Assembly (NCBI GenBank): GCA_001179505.1
Contig: CDMY01000231.1
Span: 95,562-159,561, forward strand
Direction of reading: 5' to 3'
Length of the DNA stretch: 64,000 nt
Source: Vitrella brassicaformis CCMP3155
Taxonomy: Eukaryota; Protista; Chromerida
Positions 23,956 to 35,463 of this stretch are shown piece by piece. The position numbers and the translations under genes are program-made. Below the pieces are notes generated by a model. It ran no database searches. It worked only from the letters and a program-made list of their open reading frames with translations, and was not told the DNA's origin. The first letter of the stretch is position 1. The number at the start of each line of letters is the position of its first letter.

Positions 23956-24729
23956 AGGATGATTATGGGGCCGTGGCGAGGGGGAGGGAGGGAGGGAGGG
24001 AGAGAGAGCGAGCCTGGCTGGCTGTGTAACTAACGGTGAGTCCGTGAGCGAGGCGTGTTGTTCGTATGTACAGGTGGGCTGGCCAAGAGTCGCTGGTTGG
24101 CTGTCGAAGCGGGATCTGGTTGTGTGGTGTGTGTGTGTGTATATATATATATATCGCTTCCTATGAACGCGACGGAGGCTGGTTGGCTGCATGGATGGAA
24201 TGTCTGTTGCCTGACGGACTGACCAGGGAGGGGAGGGGAGGGGCAATAAGATTTCGCCATTCAGTCAGCTGCGACAGACATGCAATCATCCATCCATCAT
24301 TCAAGGCATTCAAGGCAAAGGAGAGGTCTGTCGATTTGCACTGCAGGCGCATGCACATGCACGTCTGTCTGTCTTGTGTCTGCTATAGATGAGTGCACTC
24401 ATGCAACCATCACTGCATGGCTGGTACAAACACACAAACATGGGAATACATACATACAGACATCTGGAGCTAAGACGCACCGCACCAACCGACACACACC
24501 CACAGCCCACAGGCAGACAGACAGACAGCCCCAATAACTGTAGGTAGGTACTGTACGATCCTTTCCTTGGCCAGCTGTTTGCTCTCGACCGACCAGTCAG
24601 TCAATCAATTGGCTAACTAATTGGTTAACAAACAAAGGACACACGCGCACACATACACACACATAGGTACATCCATCCCATACACGTACAAGCACACGAC
24701 CCCACCCCCCACCCCCCCTGCACATGGCC

Positions 24730-25029
24730 NNNNNNNNNNNNNNNNNNNNNNNNNNNNNNNNNNNNNNNNNNNNNNNNNNNNNNNNNNNNNNNNNNNNNNN
24801 NNNNNNNNNNNNNNNNNNNNNNNNNNNNNNNNNNNNNNNNNNNNNNNNNNNNNNNNNNNNNNNNNNNNNNNNNNNNNNNNNNNNNNNNNNNNNNNNNNNN
24901 NNNNNNNNNNNNNNNNNNNNNNNNNNNNNNNNNNNNNNNNNNNNNNNNNNNNNNNNNNNNNNNNNNNNNNNNNNNNNNNNNNNNNNNNNNNNNNNNNNNN
25001 NNNNNNNNNNNNNNNNNNNNNNNNNNNNN
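24730..25029. other. Assembly gap (300 N)
   Basis: Run of N. Confidence 1.
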
Positions 25030-25391
25030 GCCCTGCCTGTACTTGGGGACGTTTCCTTCGTCGCCTGGACTGACGCAAAACAACCGACACGACACACCAA
25101 ATGTCAATGGCACTCGACGTGGTCCTTTCTCTCTCTTAACTCAATGGGTCTGTCTGTCTGTCTGACGCCACAGAGTGCACATGGACGGATGAATGACAGC
25201 AGCCAAACAAAGCGGACGGCGGAAAACGGCTACCTCTCTCTGTGTGTGGCGTGCGTGGATGCGCGTGTGTGTGCTCCTCCACCCCATTCCATCCCATCCC
25301 AAGAAATGAGTAATAACGACTGACTGACTTCATCTGTGCCGTCCCTCCCGCCTCCTTCCCCCCCGCATCACAGCTGGGCGGTGTGCATGTG

Positions 25392-28300
25392 TCATGCTGT
25401 CCTGACAGGCATGGGTATGGCGGGCTGTTGCCGCAGCTCACGTTCCCTCTCGTCAAAGTCATCCTCGTCGCTGTCGTAGTCTTCGCCTAGCTCAATCGGC
25501 ACATCACCTGTGTGGATGAACGAGACGGACCGACACATATGAGAAAGAAGTCTCTGTGTGTGTGTGTGTGTGTGTGTGTACCAGGGTAGTCTCCGCCCCT
25601 GTAGTTGCTCATCTGTATCTCGCGTAACCTCTGCTCCTCCTCATCGTCCTCCTCTATATCACCCACACACATACGCACACATACACACAGAGCCGGAGGT
25701 GCACACCTCGTGTTGTCTTTTTTTCCCTTTTCGTGTGGCAGCAAATGGGTGTGTGTCTCTGTATACCGGCCATGGTCTCGTAGGTGACGGGTTTGGTCCT
25801 TACGGACTGACAAATGATCACGATCATCGCTGAAAGACGGAGGGAGGGAGGGAGGGAAGGGCCAGAGGCACACGGAAAGAGCATGCGGGGAATTGTTTTC
25901 ATGTTTGTCATATGGGTACGTACCGATCAGTACGGCAGAGACCCCGACAATCGCTGCCGTCCAAATGCCTGCAGGACCCACACACCCACACCACAACACA
26001 CCACACCACAACACACCACAACAGAGAGGGTATCAGAAAGCAGCTGCCAACGCGTGAAGCCATAACCCCCCACTGACCGATCTTAGAAGAGAGTGCGGCC
26101 TCGTCCATGCTGGCGTCTCCTCCCTCGCCCGTGAGTGTCTGTCCGCCCTCACTGATGGTGCCATTACGTCCCTGCCCCCTGTCGCTCGAGCCCTGTTGTG
26201 CATGGGGATAGGACGGGGGGGCGGGGGGATGGGGCAGCGCATGACCATCCAGAGTATTCGACTTGCCACCACCCCCTCCACTGGATGGCTGTGCTGGTGC
26301 TGGTGCTGGTGGGTGTGGGATGGGGGCGGATGAGTCGTCGAGTGGTGGTGGGACGGTCGTGTCAGAGGTGGATGTGTGTGGACGAGACACAGGGGGCAGG
26401 GCAGTGGGGGTGCGTGGGGGGCTAGATGGGCTAGACGACGAGGATGTGTTGGCGGGGGGTGGGCTAGGGGTGCTCGTGGTGGTGCTCGTGGTGGTGGTGG
26501 TGGTAAGCAGTGGTGCGTCCGTGTCTGTCGATACCGGCGGACTTGTCGAGTAGAACTCCTTCGGATACAGCGGCAGGGCCTTGTGCTCAGGAGCTGACAA
26601 CCACACACACAGAAGGCCATGTTTTCCCGTCCATCCCTCCCTCGTGACCGACAGTACGACGGTGGCTTACGTGGCGGCCTCAGTTTGTCCAGGTATCTTG
26701 GGCATGCTGCATCGGCGAAACCTGCATCCACCCAACACAACACCACAGCACACCGCAGCACACCACATCAACCTGTCCGTCTGTCTGTCTGTCTGTCTGA
26801 TGGTTTTCGGCTTGGCACTCTCTTGTCTGTCGTGCCGACTGACCGACTCTATCCTCGGTGCGGTCAAATATGACGTCCCTCTGCACCATGAACGACATGC
26901 CCAGCACCGTGTCATGCTTCCGGTTGTCGTCGATGGCCAAACACCACTTCCTGATGAACAAACCAACCAACCACAGACACACAGCACACGGTCAATGGGG
27001 AAGGCGGGCAACTGAATGCCTCTTCTCCCTGCGATCGTCTCTCTCTCTCGTACTTGGACGGTGGCTTTGGGAAGAGGTACGAGTGCGCTCTCCAATGGAT
27101 GGTGCCGCCACCCCTGCAATCAACCAACCAACCACCGACTCCATCCACAGGCGCCCCGTCCCTCCCTCCCTCTGCCCCTCTGTGGTCTCTCTCATCTATC
27201 TCGCCCCACCCACTTGAAGGTGATTCTGAAGACGGGGAAGGTGTCGAGGTCCTTCTCATCCTCAATCTCCCAGCAGTCGTCCGAGTGGTGGGTCCGCACG
27301 CCCTTGCAATGCTCGGGGTCCTTACAGAAGCTCTCGAACGTCTCGGAGATGCCCTTCCATATCTCGGGAGGCACATACGTGAATGTCGTGCCTGACCGAC
27401 AGACAACCCACGAACGGCACGACAGACTGACAATGCGTGTCGTTCTCCAGTGTGTGCATATACATGCATGGGTGTACCAGAGTCGACAATGACCGATCCC
27501 CAGGCAGAGCGGCCCCCCAGGCTCTTGCCCTCGATGTCGGCATCCTGCAAATGGATTGCAAGAATGATGCGGCCCAGAGGACACATATATCAGCATGATG
27601 GATCTGATCGCTAAGGCGGCTCACTCACTTCGATTCCAATGGAGTAGTAGAGATGGTTCTCCATGGGCGTCCACACGACCGTCGGCTTCTCCTCCGCATT
27701 GTCATAGTTGCGGTGGAGGCTCTGGTTGTACCCACCCACAGTCAGTATGCCACCCTGATCCGCCAAACATATGGCGAACACCTTCGTGTCGACCGCACCT
27801 TTCTGAGGGAGGGAAGGAAAAGAGAGCAAAGTAGGCAGACAGACAGACAGGCAGCAGACGGGAGTGAGTGACGGAAGGGCCAAGAGTGGCGTGATATGAT
27901 CGGCCGGACGGCTTCATTTGATGGGATTGAGCTGACCTGGTCGCTGAAGAGAGCATCGATGATGGTCTCGTGGTCCCTTGACCGCCTTGGTGCCACACCC
28001 ACAATGCCGCTGGCCTTCTGGGTGGTGAACAGCTTGGTCTCGGCATCATGGCAACCTGACAGACACAAGCACCCACCCCACCCACACCAGCCACATACAT
28101 ACACACATACATTTAATCACACCGCCATTCCATTCTCTGCCATTCATTCGTTGTGCCCGCCTACCAGCATAAGCCTTGACTGCAGGATTCTTCCGTTCAA
28201 CATCGCCTATGCGGATGTAGTCCTGGAACCAGTAGCCCGCAATGCTGGAGCCCTCCGTGTAGCCCTGGTAGTAGCTGCACCGCTCATTGCGGCAGGGACA

Positions 28301-28777
28301 CCCACCCTCACATTGCTGCCAGCAACCACACACACACACAAGCACAGACAAACACAGACACCAGAAAACAGACAGAGGTCAGCGATACAGCCCACACGTG
28401 TGGCCGTCGGCGGTATGTGCGATGTGATTTGCACCAACCACAGGAACTGTACATACCTGCCACTCAGCGGTGTCGGAAGCGCTGAAGTCGAATGGCGCAT
28501 CGATGTGGTTGCCGCAGTTTTTGCAGTTTTTGCAGGGGAAGGCCAAGATGGTGCTGCCCGTATCCAGAATGACGCTCTGCCGCTGCGGGACGGGGGATCC
28601 CACGAGGATGTCGATGAAGTAGTAGGCGTAGCCGTGGATGGAGCCGTAGATGCGCGCCTCCTCCAGCTTCTTGCCCGGCTGACACACCACCACCGCACAT
28701 GGCACCAACACCAACAGCAGCACCAGCCACAGACAAGGCCTGACCGGCCGATGACGGCCTCTCCGCCTTGGCAACAT
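25392..28777 (-). CDS. Aspartic protease, plasmepsin V / ASP5-like, with signal peptide, Pro/Thr/Ser-rich linker and C-terminal TM
   Basis: YAYYFIDILVGSP...LDTGS..AFPCKNCKNCGNH, YYQGYTEGSSIAG, VIVDSG|TTFTY, VLGMSFM..RDVIFD and TM IWTAAIVGVSAVLIG. Start is ATG 28777, or 28939 upstream. The C-terminal end is uncertain because it lies next to the gap. Confidence 0.85.
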
Positions 28778-28879
28778 CAGACGATCTTCTCCTTTCCGCA
28801 GCGAAGAAGACAACACAGCGCTTCTCCACACACAGATAAGCCTCTTGTCGCCTCCGCCTCGCGCTCTCCTATCTCCTCG

Positions 28880-28896
28880 GCGAGCTTGTAGCTCGC
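28880..28896. promoter_or_regulatory. Inverted pair of the candidate motif (GCGAGCT-tgt-AGCTCGC)
   Basis: Between the ASP5-like ATG (28777) and the Fd-TPR ATG (29030). Confidence 0.45.
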
Positions 28897-29029
28897 AGCG
28901 AGCGCTGACTCTCTCTTTTGAGTTGTCTCTGGTTTTCATCAGCGTGCTTTGGTTGTCGACCCAGGAGAGCAGCGTTCATCTCAATCGTGACTTTCATCGC
29001 CTAAGGCGGCGTTCGCCTCAGTCTGCACA

Positions 29030-30196
29030 ATGAAGCTCTTGGTCCTCTCCCTCCTCTCCCTCTCCTCCTTCCTCGACAGCAGCAGCGCTTTCGTCGTGCG
29101 GTCCCCCTCCCCCCTCTCATCGCAGCTTCCCTCCCCTTCCCGCCCTAGATCACGGTGGTGCCCAACGCAGATGCAGGTGGGCGACGGTGCAAACCACTGC
29201 ACGTGGGCCATGCAGACCAGACAAGTAGCTATCTGGGGAATGTGTTGTTGGTGTGCACTGCGTGTCGTGTCAGGTGTCTGTTGGGGTGTGCATTTATGGC
29301 CCCAACTGCTGCAAGAAGACAGAGAAGCAGAATGGCGGGAGAGATTATAACCTGGTGACGACACAGGCCGTGGCTGACGTGCTCGGCGGCATCAAGGTGA
29401 CGGCGACGGGCTGCCAGGCCAACTGCAAGCGGGGGCCAAACCTGAAGATTACTCAGAGAGGCACGGAGAACAAGCAGGAGTACACGATGGACGCCGAGCA
29501 GATCATCGATGCGCTCGAGGCGGCCACCAACAAGATCGGCAAGTTCCCCCAGAACATGCGTCTGGCTCTCAAGCAGAAGGAGCAGGGCAACCGTGCTCTC
29601 ATCAAGAAGGATGCCAAGGCCGCCATTCGGTATTACGAGGACGCCATGAAGAATCTTGGCAAGGGCGGCAAGACGCAGAAGGTGCTGGGGACCATCTATG
29701 CTAACAGGTGGGCTGGGCTGGGCTGGGCTGCACTGCAACGGAGGTGGAGGGACAGACAGACAGACACGTGCGGTGCGTGTGTGTGTGTGTGTGTGTGTCA
29801 GGGCTGCTGCCAAGTTGATTGCCGGTGACACGACCGGCGCGATGGATGACTGCGAAATGGCAGTGGGAAGAAACCCACAATCAAGGTCAGCAGCCGAGCC
29901 GCCTTGGTTCGGTTGACCCACACACACAGGCCTGATGCTGCTTGGCCTGCACTCATCGTCCGTCCGTCCTTTGTCTGTCGTTCGTTGTGCACTGCCCACC
30001 ACACAGGGTAGCGTGGGTGCGCAAGGGCGACGCTTTGAAGCTGTCCGGCAACCCCGATGCAGCCGAGGAGGCGTATGAGAAGGCAGCATCCCTCGACAAG
30101 TTCCGATCTGATGACGTCAGGTCGGGAGCTGAGAAGGTCGGCAAGGGAGGCCCCTTCGGCATGGGCCCGAAGTATCAGGTCTACGACTTGGTGTGA
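29030..30196 (+). CDS. Probable plastid protein: thioredoxin-like [2Fe-2S] ferredoxin domain plus TPR domain
   Basis: Signal peptide ending SSA-FVVRSP followed by a Ser/Pro/Arg transit-like stretch. VCIYGPNCC...TGCQANCKRGPN, then TPR helices (LKQKEQGNRAL...AIRYYEDAM; IYANR|AAAKL; WVRKGDAL...AEEAYEKA). Confidence 0.75.
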
Positions 30197-30779
30197 GTGA
30201 CGTGACAGCACGGATTGGGCTGCTCGCGTAGCTGGCTTGGGGGGCGCGGGGGATGTGTGCTACACGTCGTGTGTTGTCGGGTGCGTGCATTTTTCTCCCA
30301 TCGGCCTATATCATGTGTGTGGCCGGAGACTGTTTGATACGATAGATACGCGCTGGGGAGGACATGACGTCCATGAGTGAGTGCATCTGTGTGTGTGTGT
30401 ACAGCTCCGTCGTATACATGTACTTGGCTACTGCTCATGTTCATGCCATAGATGGATGGATGTCACGGATGGATGGATGGATTGTTTTGCCTTTCCATTC
30501 ACGGCAGCGGCGGTCCGGTTTTGTCGCTGTGTGGGCTGTGCGTCTGTCGTATGTGTGTGTGAGTGTGACTGTGTGTGCTGTGCCTGGGGTGTGCTGCATT
30601 GCAAAGCAAGTGGATGCGCCGCGCCCCAATGGTCCGTCAATCCTTGCGTGAGTGGGATGCGTTGCAGAGCCAGAATGGCTGAGCTGCGACCAGAAGCTTC
30701 GTGAGTGAGTGAGCGATTGAGGGACACGTGTGTGCGTGATGTGATGTGTGTTTCAAGGCGCCTGACGTGACTGACGGGT

Positions 30780-31705
30780 ATCTCCCCTCCCCTCCCGTGA
30801 AATGATTGGGCTGTACAAGTCGGTTGGTTGAAGCCCTCCTGGGCTTGCGGGGCGGCGGCGATATCGACATGACGCTGAGCCGGCGGATCACACCGCCCAC
30901 GCCGTTCGGCGGGCCCCGCACCCGATCGAGTCGCGCCAGGCCGCACTGCGCACACGCCGACACAGACAAACGGTCACACACAGGTGAGCTGTGCCATCAA
31001 CGACGTGTGGTGTGTGTCCTGCTCACCCTGAGCTTCTTGAACAGGTCAGAGTTGCAGCGACACTTGGGAAACGTGTCCTCGTCATAGGGGTCCACCTGCA
31101 CGCATGACGTGGAGAGTGAGTGCGTGTATGGTCTGATTGTGTTTTATCGCCGGACTTACGTCAGCACACTCCTCACACAACTGAATGCCGTTGCCTGCAC
31201 ACACAACACATAACACACATACATACAACAGAGTACACATCATCATGTGAGCAGCTGAGCTGACCCATGTTATAGTCGGCGAGGGCGTCACACTCTATGC
31301 AGCCGGCGCGGGCATACTGGTGCTTGGCGTCGCCCTGGTCGAATAGGCCAGGGTCAAAGCCAAACGTGACCCTGAACACACACACGGACACAGACGCAGG
31401 CACACAGATGCACCTGGTTGGAATCAGCCACTCATTGCAGATGTCGCCTACCGTGCCGCACAAAGTTTCTCCTTGTGGGGCTCGATTCGCTCGCGCCACA
31501 CATGCCGGTCGCCCATCATAGATGCCGCCCTCCAGTCCTTCGACACCCCCTCCACCCTCCCCATCTCCCGCCCCTCCAAAAAAGTCATGACGTGTGTGAT
31601 GACCTCACAACCAAGGCCGGCCGACGCAGCCGACCCTGCAGCCGACCCTGCAGCATGGCCACCCCCCTGCCTTGGAGCGTTGCCGACGCGCCTGCGGCGT
31701 TTCAT
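30780..31705 (-). CDS. F-box-like protein with a Cys-rich (CxxC...CxxC) region; 3' end uncertain
   Basis: LGCEVITHVMTFLEGREMGRVEGVSKDWR...VWR resembles an F-box. Spliced downstream exons give GCIECDA, LCEECAD and KCRCNSD. Confidence 0.55.
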
Positions 31706-31807
31706 GCCGGAGGGTGCTGCTTCCGCTCTCTCGCACGAACTGCGGCCAGCCAACGAGATGGATGCTCTCTGATATGAATGGGCAGCCTGCTGTTTTCTCC
31801 CGGGGGC

Positions 31808-31814
31808 GCGAGCT
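31808..31814. promoter_or_regulatory. Candidate promoter motif GCGAGCT
   Basis: In the F-box/hydrolase spacer. Confidence 0.45.
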
Positions 31815-31935
31815 CAAAAAGATCGCCACCCCATCTCTTCGCACATCCTCGTTCGAGCACTGTCAGAGGTGACAGCAAAGGTGACGTGCATCAGATGGAT
31901 CAGTTGATCTTCCATTTCAGCGACTGGAAAGGGTG

Positions 31936-34458
31936 ATGCGTCCCGGCCCTGGCTCCCTGCTGTCCGCAGCCATCGCACGTGCCCACCGCCAGCATGCCTC
32001 TTCCCTCCTGCTCACACATCTGCAATCGGCCCCCCCTCTCGCCCACGTCTGTCGCTATCGCAGCCTGAGCACTTCTCGAGTGAGGCGTGCTGATGTGCCC
32101 CGCGTCACAACCGACACGTCCCTCGAGGCGCCCGACGCATCGCTGCTGGTACAAGACGAGATCGCCCCTAAGAAGCGGCTGGTGAGTCTCGAGGAGGGGA
32201 TGTTCAAGTGGCGGTATGGCGAGGACAGCGAGTATGAGTATCCCTACCTGCGGCTGGGCCCGCACATGTCCAAGTACGAAGAGGAGCTCATGGACCAGCC
32301 GGCCAGTGGCGCGACGGCCGTCATGGCCGAGGTGGCGCCCTCGCCCTTCTTCTATGTCTTCATCCCGACCCTCAACTACTTCAGCACCCTGGAGGAGTTC
32401 AAGTCGGTCGCCACGGGGCTGGTGGAGAAGGGCCATGAGTGCGTGCTGGTGGACTTTCCGGGCTTCCATCTGGACCCTGACTTCAACACTGCCGTCGTAG
32501 AGGAGGATCTGTTGGCCACGCTGGGCGACGGCTATGTCGGCAACAAGGCCAAGATCAGACAGAGGATGCGCAAGAAGAGCAGCAGCAGCAGCCGGGTGGA
32601 GGAGGGGGCCAAGGCAGCGGCGACAGAGAAGAGGGAGAGGGGGGCGGGGGAGGCAGCCGAGGGTGGTGGTGGTGGTGGTGGTGGTGGTGGGTCCTCCTAC
32701 ACGAGCATGGATGACAGGGTGATACGGTCGTGCACGGAGGCCAACCACATCTACCTTCACTTCCTGCGGCAGTTCATTGAGCACATCTTCACCGACGGCA
32801 TGTCCAGGCACCTCTACAGCAAAGTCGTCTTGGTCGGGGCTGGACTGTCGGCTGTCTATATCATGCGCTGCCTCGAGATGATCCTGCTCCCTCCCAGCGT
32901 CCCGGCTTTCACGCCTTTGATCGATCCCCCCCTACCCCCTCCCTCTGACGAGCTCAGGGAGATCATCCAGAGGAAGCTGCACCTGGTCACGCTCATCTGC
33001 CCCAGCTGGCTGCACCTGTGGGACTACCGGAAGGTGTACAGCGTGCCTCGAGGGCGGATAGGGTGGATCTGTGCGTCGATCAAGCGTGCGATAGGGTGGC
33101 GGGGGAAGCCCGTCAAGATGGAGCTGACCCTTGACAAGTACCGGCTGTATCGGTCGCTGCTGACGGGGGACGGCCATTACAAGATCCCGGGCGAGGAGCG
33201 ATTCAGAAACAAGTTCTTCGGAACAGACAAATTCATTCTGAGGTAGCTTGGTCACCCAGCCACGTCCTAGAGTGTCAATGCGAATTAATTGACTATGTCC
33301 CTTTGGTGTGTCCTGTCCTGGGTGGTCCTCTTCGTGTGTCTTAAATGTGTGTGGATTGGCGTGGATTGGCGTGGAATGGTGGTCTGGTATGGTGTGTCCA
33401 GGGAGTACGGGAGTTTGGTGCTGCGCAACACCAACCCCGACACAATCGACGCCGAGATGGAGAAGGAGAGGGGCTTTAAAAACACCAACCACGTCCAGAG
33501 CATGATGGAGCTCAAAGAGTGAGGGAGGGAGGGAGGGAGGGAGGACGCACAGCACCGCACCGCACCAACCCACCAGTGTGCGTATGTATGGGATGTGTGT
33601 GGTCTCAGGGCGATGATGGAGGAAAAGAAGACGCCCAAATACCTCTACGCGGCGGTGAGCCAGCCACGAGACAATACACACACGCACACACACATAGACA
33701 GACAGACAAACAGGCTGCCTTGTTTGTGTCTCGCTCAGTTGTCGGGTGGCTTGCTGGACGCGTGTAGGAGCTTGCAAGAGTTCACCAACCTATTCAGGCG
33801 GCTCTGCCTACCCGCAGGTGGGCAGGTGGGTGAATGGGGGTCGGACACCAAAACAGACCTCAGATGGCCACGTTGGGTACCCACTGTTTGTTTGCTCGTT
33901 TGCCAGACTTGACGGCGATGTCTGACGAGACGACCCCCTCTCACGGCAGCTTGAAGCCGCCCCTTGGCGTCAACACGTTCGTCATCTTCGGCCAGTCGCC
34001 TGCGTGGGGATGGGGCACATCGGTCAGCCTGCGTGGCATGCAGATGGCTGTGGGGTGGGGGGCTCCTGCATGCGTGTTGGTCTTGTTTGTGAGCCATGTA
34101 TGTATGTCCTCAGCAATTTTGGTTGTCCTTCACCCCTCTGAAGGACATGTTGGTTGAGGCCCAGAGGCAGCGTGCCAAGGTGACGGGCGAGAGGCCCGAT
34201 GACGTAATGCTGCCGCTGCAACTGTCGTTCAACAGGGTGCGTGGCGTGGCCTCAACACACGGAGGATGCATGCCATGCCATGCATCTATGCCATCGAATG
34301 GTGGATGGATGGATGTGCCGAGTGTGTGTGTGTGTGTGTGTGTGCATTGTGTGTGTCAGGGCCGTGTGTTGCTGCAGGAGGAGTTCAGCATGGACATCAT
34401 TGACACCCTTGACAGGGCCGCCCAGGGCAAACTCATCAAGAAAGACACCGAGATCTGA
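31936..34458 (+). CDS. Alpha/beta-hydrolase-fold protein with a mitochondrial-type leader and no canonical nucleophile
   Basis: FIPTLNYFSTLEEF...CVLVDFPGF and VLVGAGLSA...LICPSW. A 437-aa first exon is followed by further exons ending ...KKDTEI*. Confidence 0.6.
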
Positions 34459-35463
34459 GTGAGTGAGTTAGAGGCAGGCAGGGCAAGGCAGCAGATACAT
34501 GAATGAGACGTGACGTGAGTGCATGTCAGTCAATGTACGGCTGGGTGAATGGCTGGGTGGCTGAGTGGCTGGCTGGGTGGATTTACGTCAGGACTGGCCT
34601 GCGGTGCGGTGAGTCCAGTCCCCTATGAGTAAGGCTTCACTCACATACAGATGGTGTGCATGACTGGACGGATGGATGGATGGACACATACGTGTTCAAC
34701 GTACGTGTCCGCGTGTGTGCATGGAAGTCATTCATCTTTCTCCTCACTCAGTCATGGGGCTTGATGTCAATATCAATCCGCCACAGCGCTGCGCGGCGAG
34801 CGTGTCTCTATCCACGTCATTCGGCATATAAAACGTAGGCAGCAATCACGACGGATGCTTGGCATGGCTCTGTTACGTTACGTCCATCCCAACACCCAGC
34901 CAGACAGCCCATGATCGTGGCGATGATTTCTGGCTGGCTGAGCACTGCCAATTGCACTGCCGCACCATGGCCATCCGCATATCATTGACCGCCGATACTG
35001 CGGCGCGCCATGTTGACGCTTTGGCGGCCTCCGTTGGGAGCTGGAAACTTCTATCACCGTTCTATCACCGGGAAAAGCTCCAAAGTTGCAGTAGGGTTTG
35101 CGGGGTTTGTCTCCCGTCTCAAATCGAAATTCTCGACTGGGCTTCCCGCAGTGGCCAGTTCACCACGGGCCCTTCAAGTGGCACTGCGGAATTTGTCTTC
35201 TATCTACCATGGCCAACCAGCGCCTCTCTATCTGGGGCAGGTGCGCGTGCACAATCCGCTGGTCTACGCTACGTGCCCCTTGACTGCACAGCACAGCACA
35301 GCACAGAGGCCACACCACGGACGCCGAGTATCCCAAGCATCCCATCCCATCCACCAGCACACTACAAAAAACAGAGTCGACATGTACGTGTACACGCAAC
35401 CAGACCCGCCTGCCGCCCGCCCCACATGCCATGCCATGCATGATGGATGTCGTACGGATACAA

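Noticed and set aside
24597-25323. ORFs spanning the N-gap
   Set aside because: Artefacts of translating through N.
31380-31460. Apparent premature stop or frameshift in the F-box-like gene
   Set aside because: Resolved by an intron starting gtaggc (CAAR|VTFGFD).
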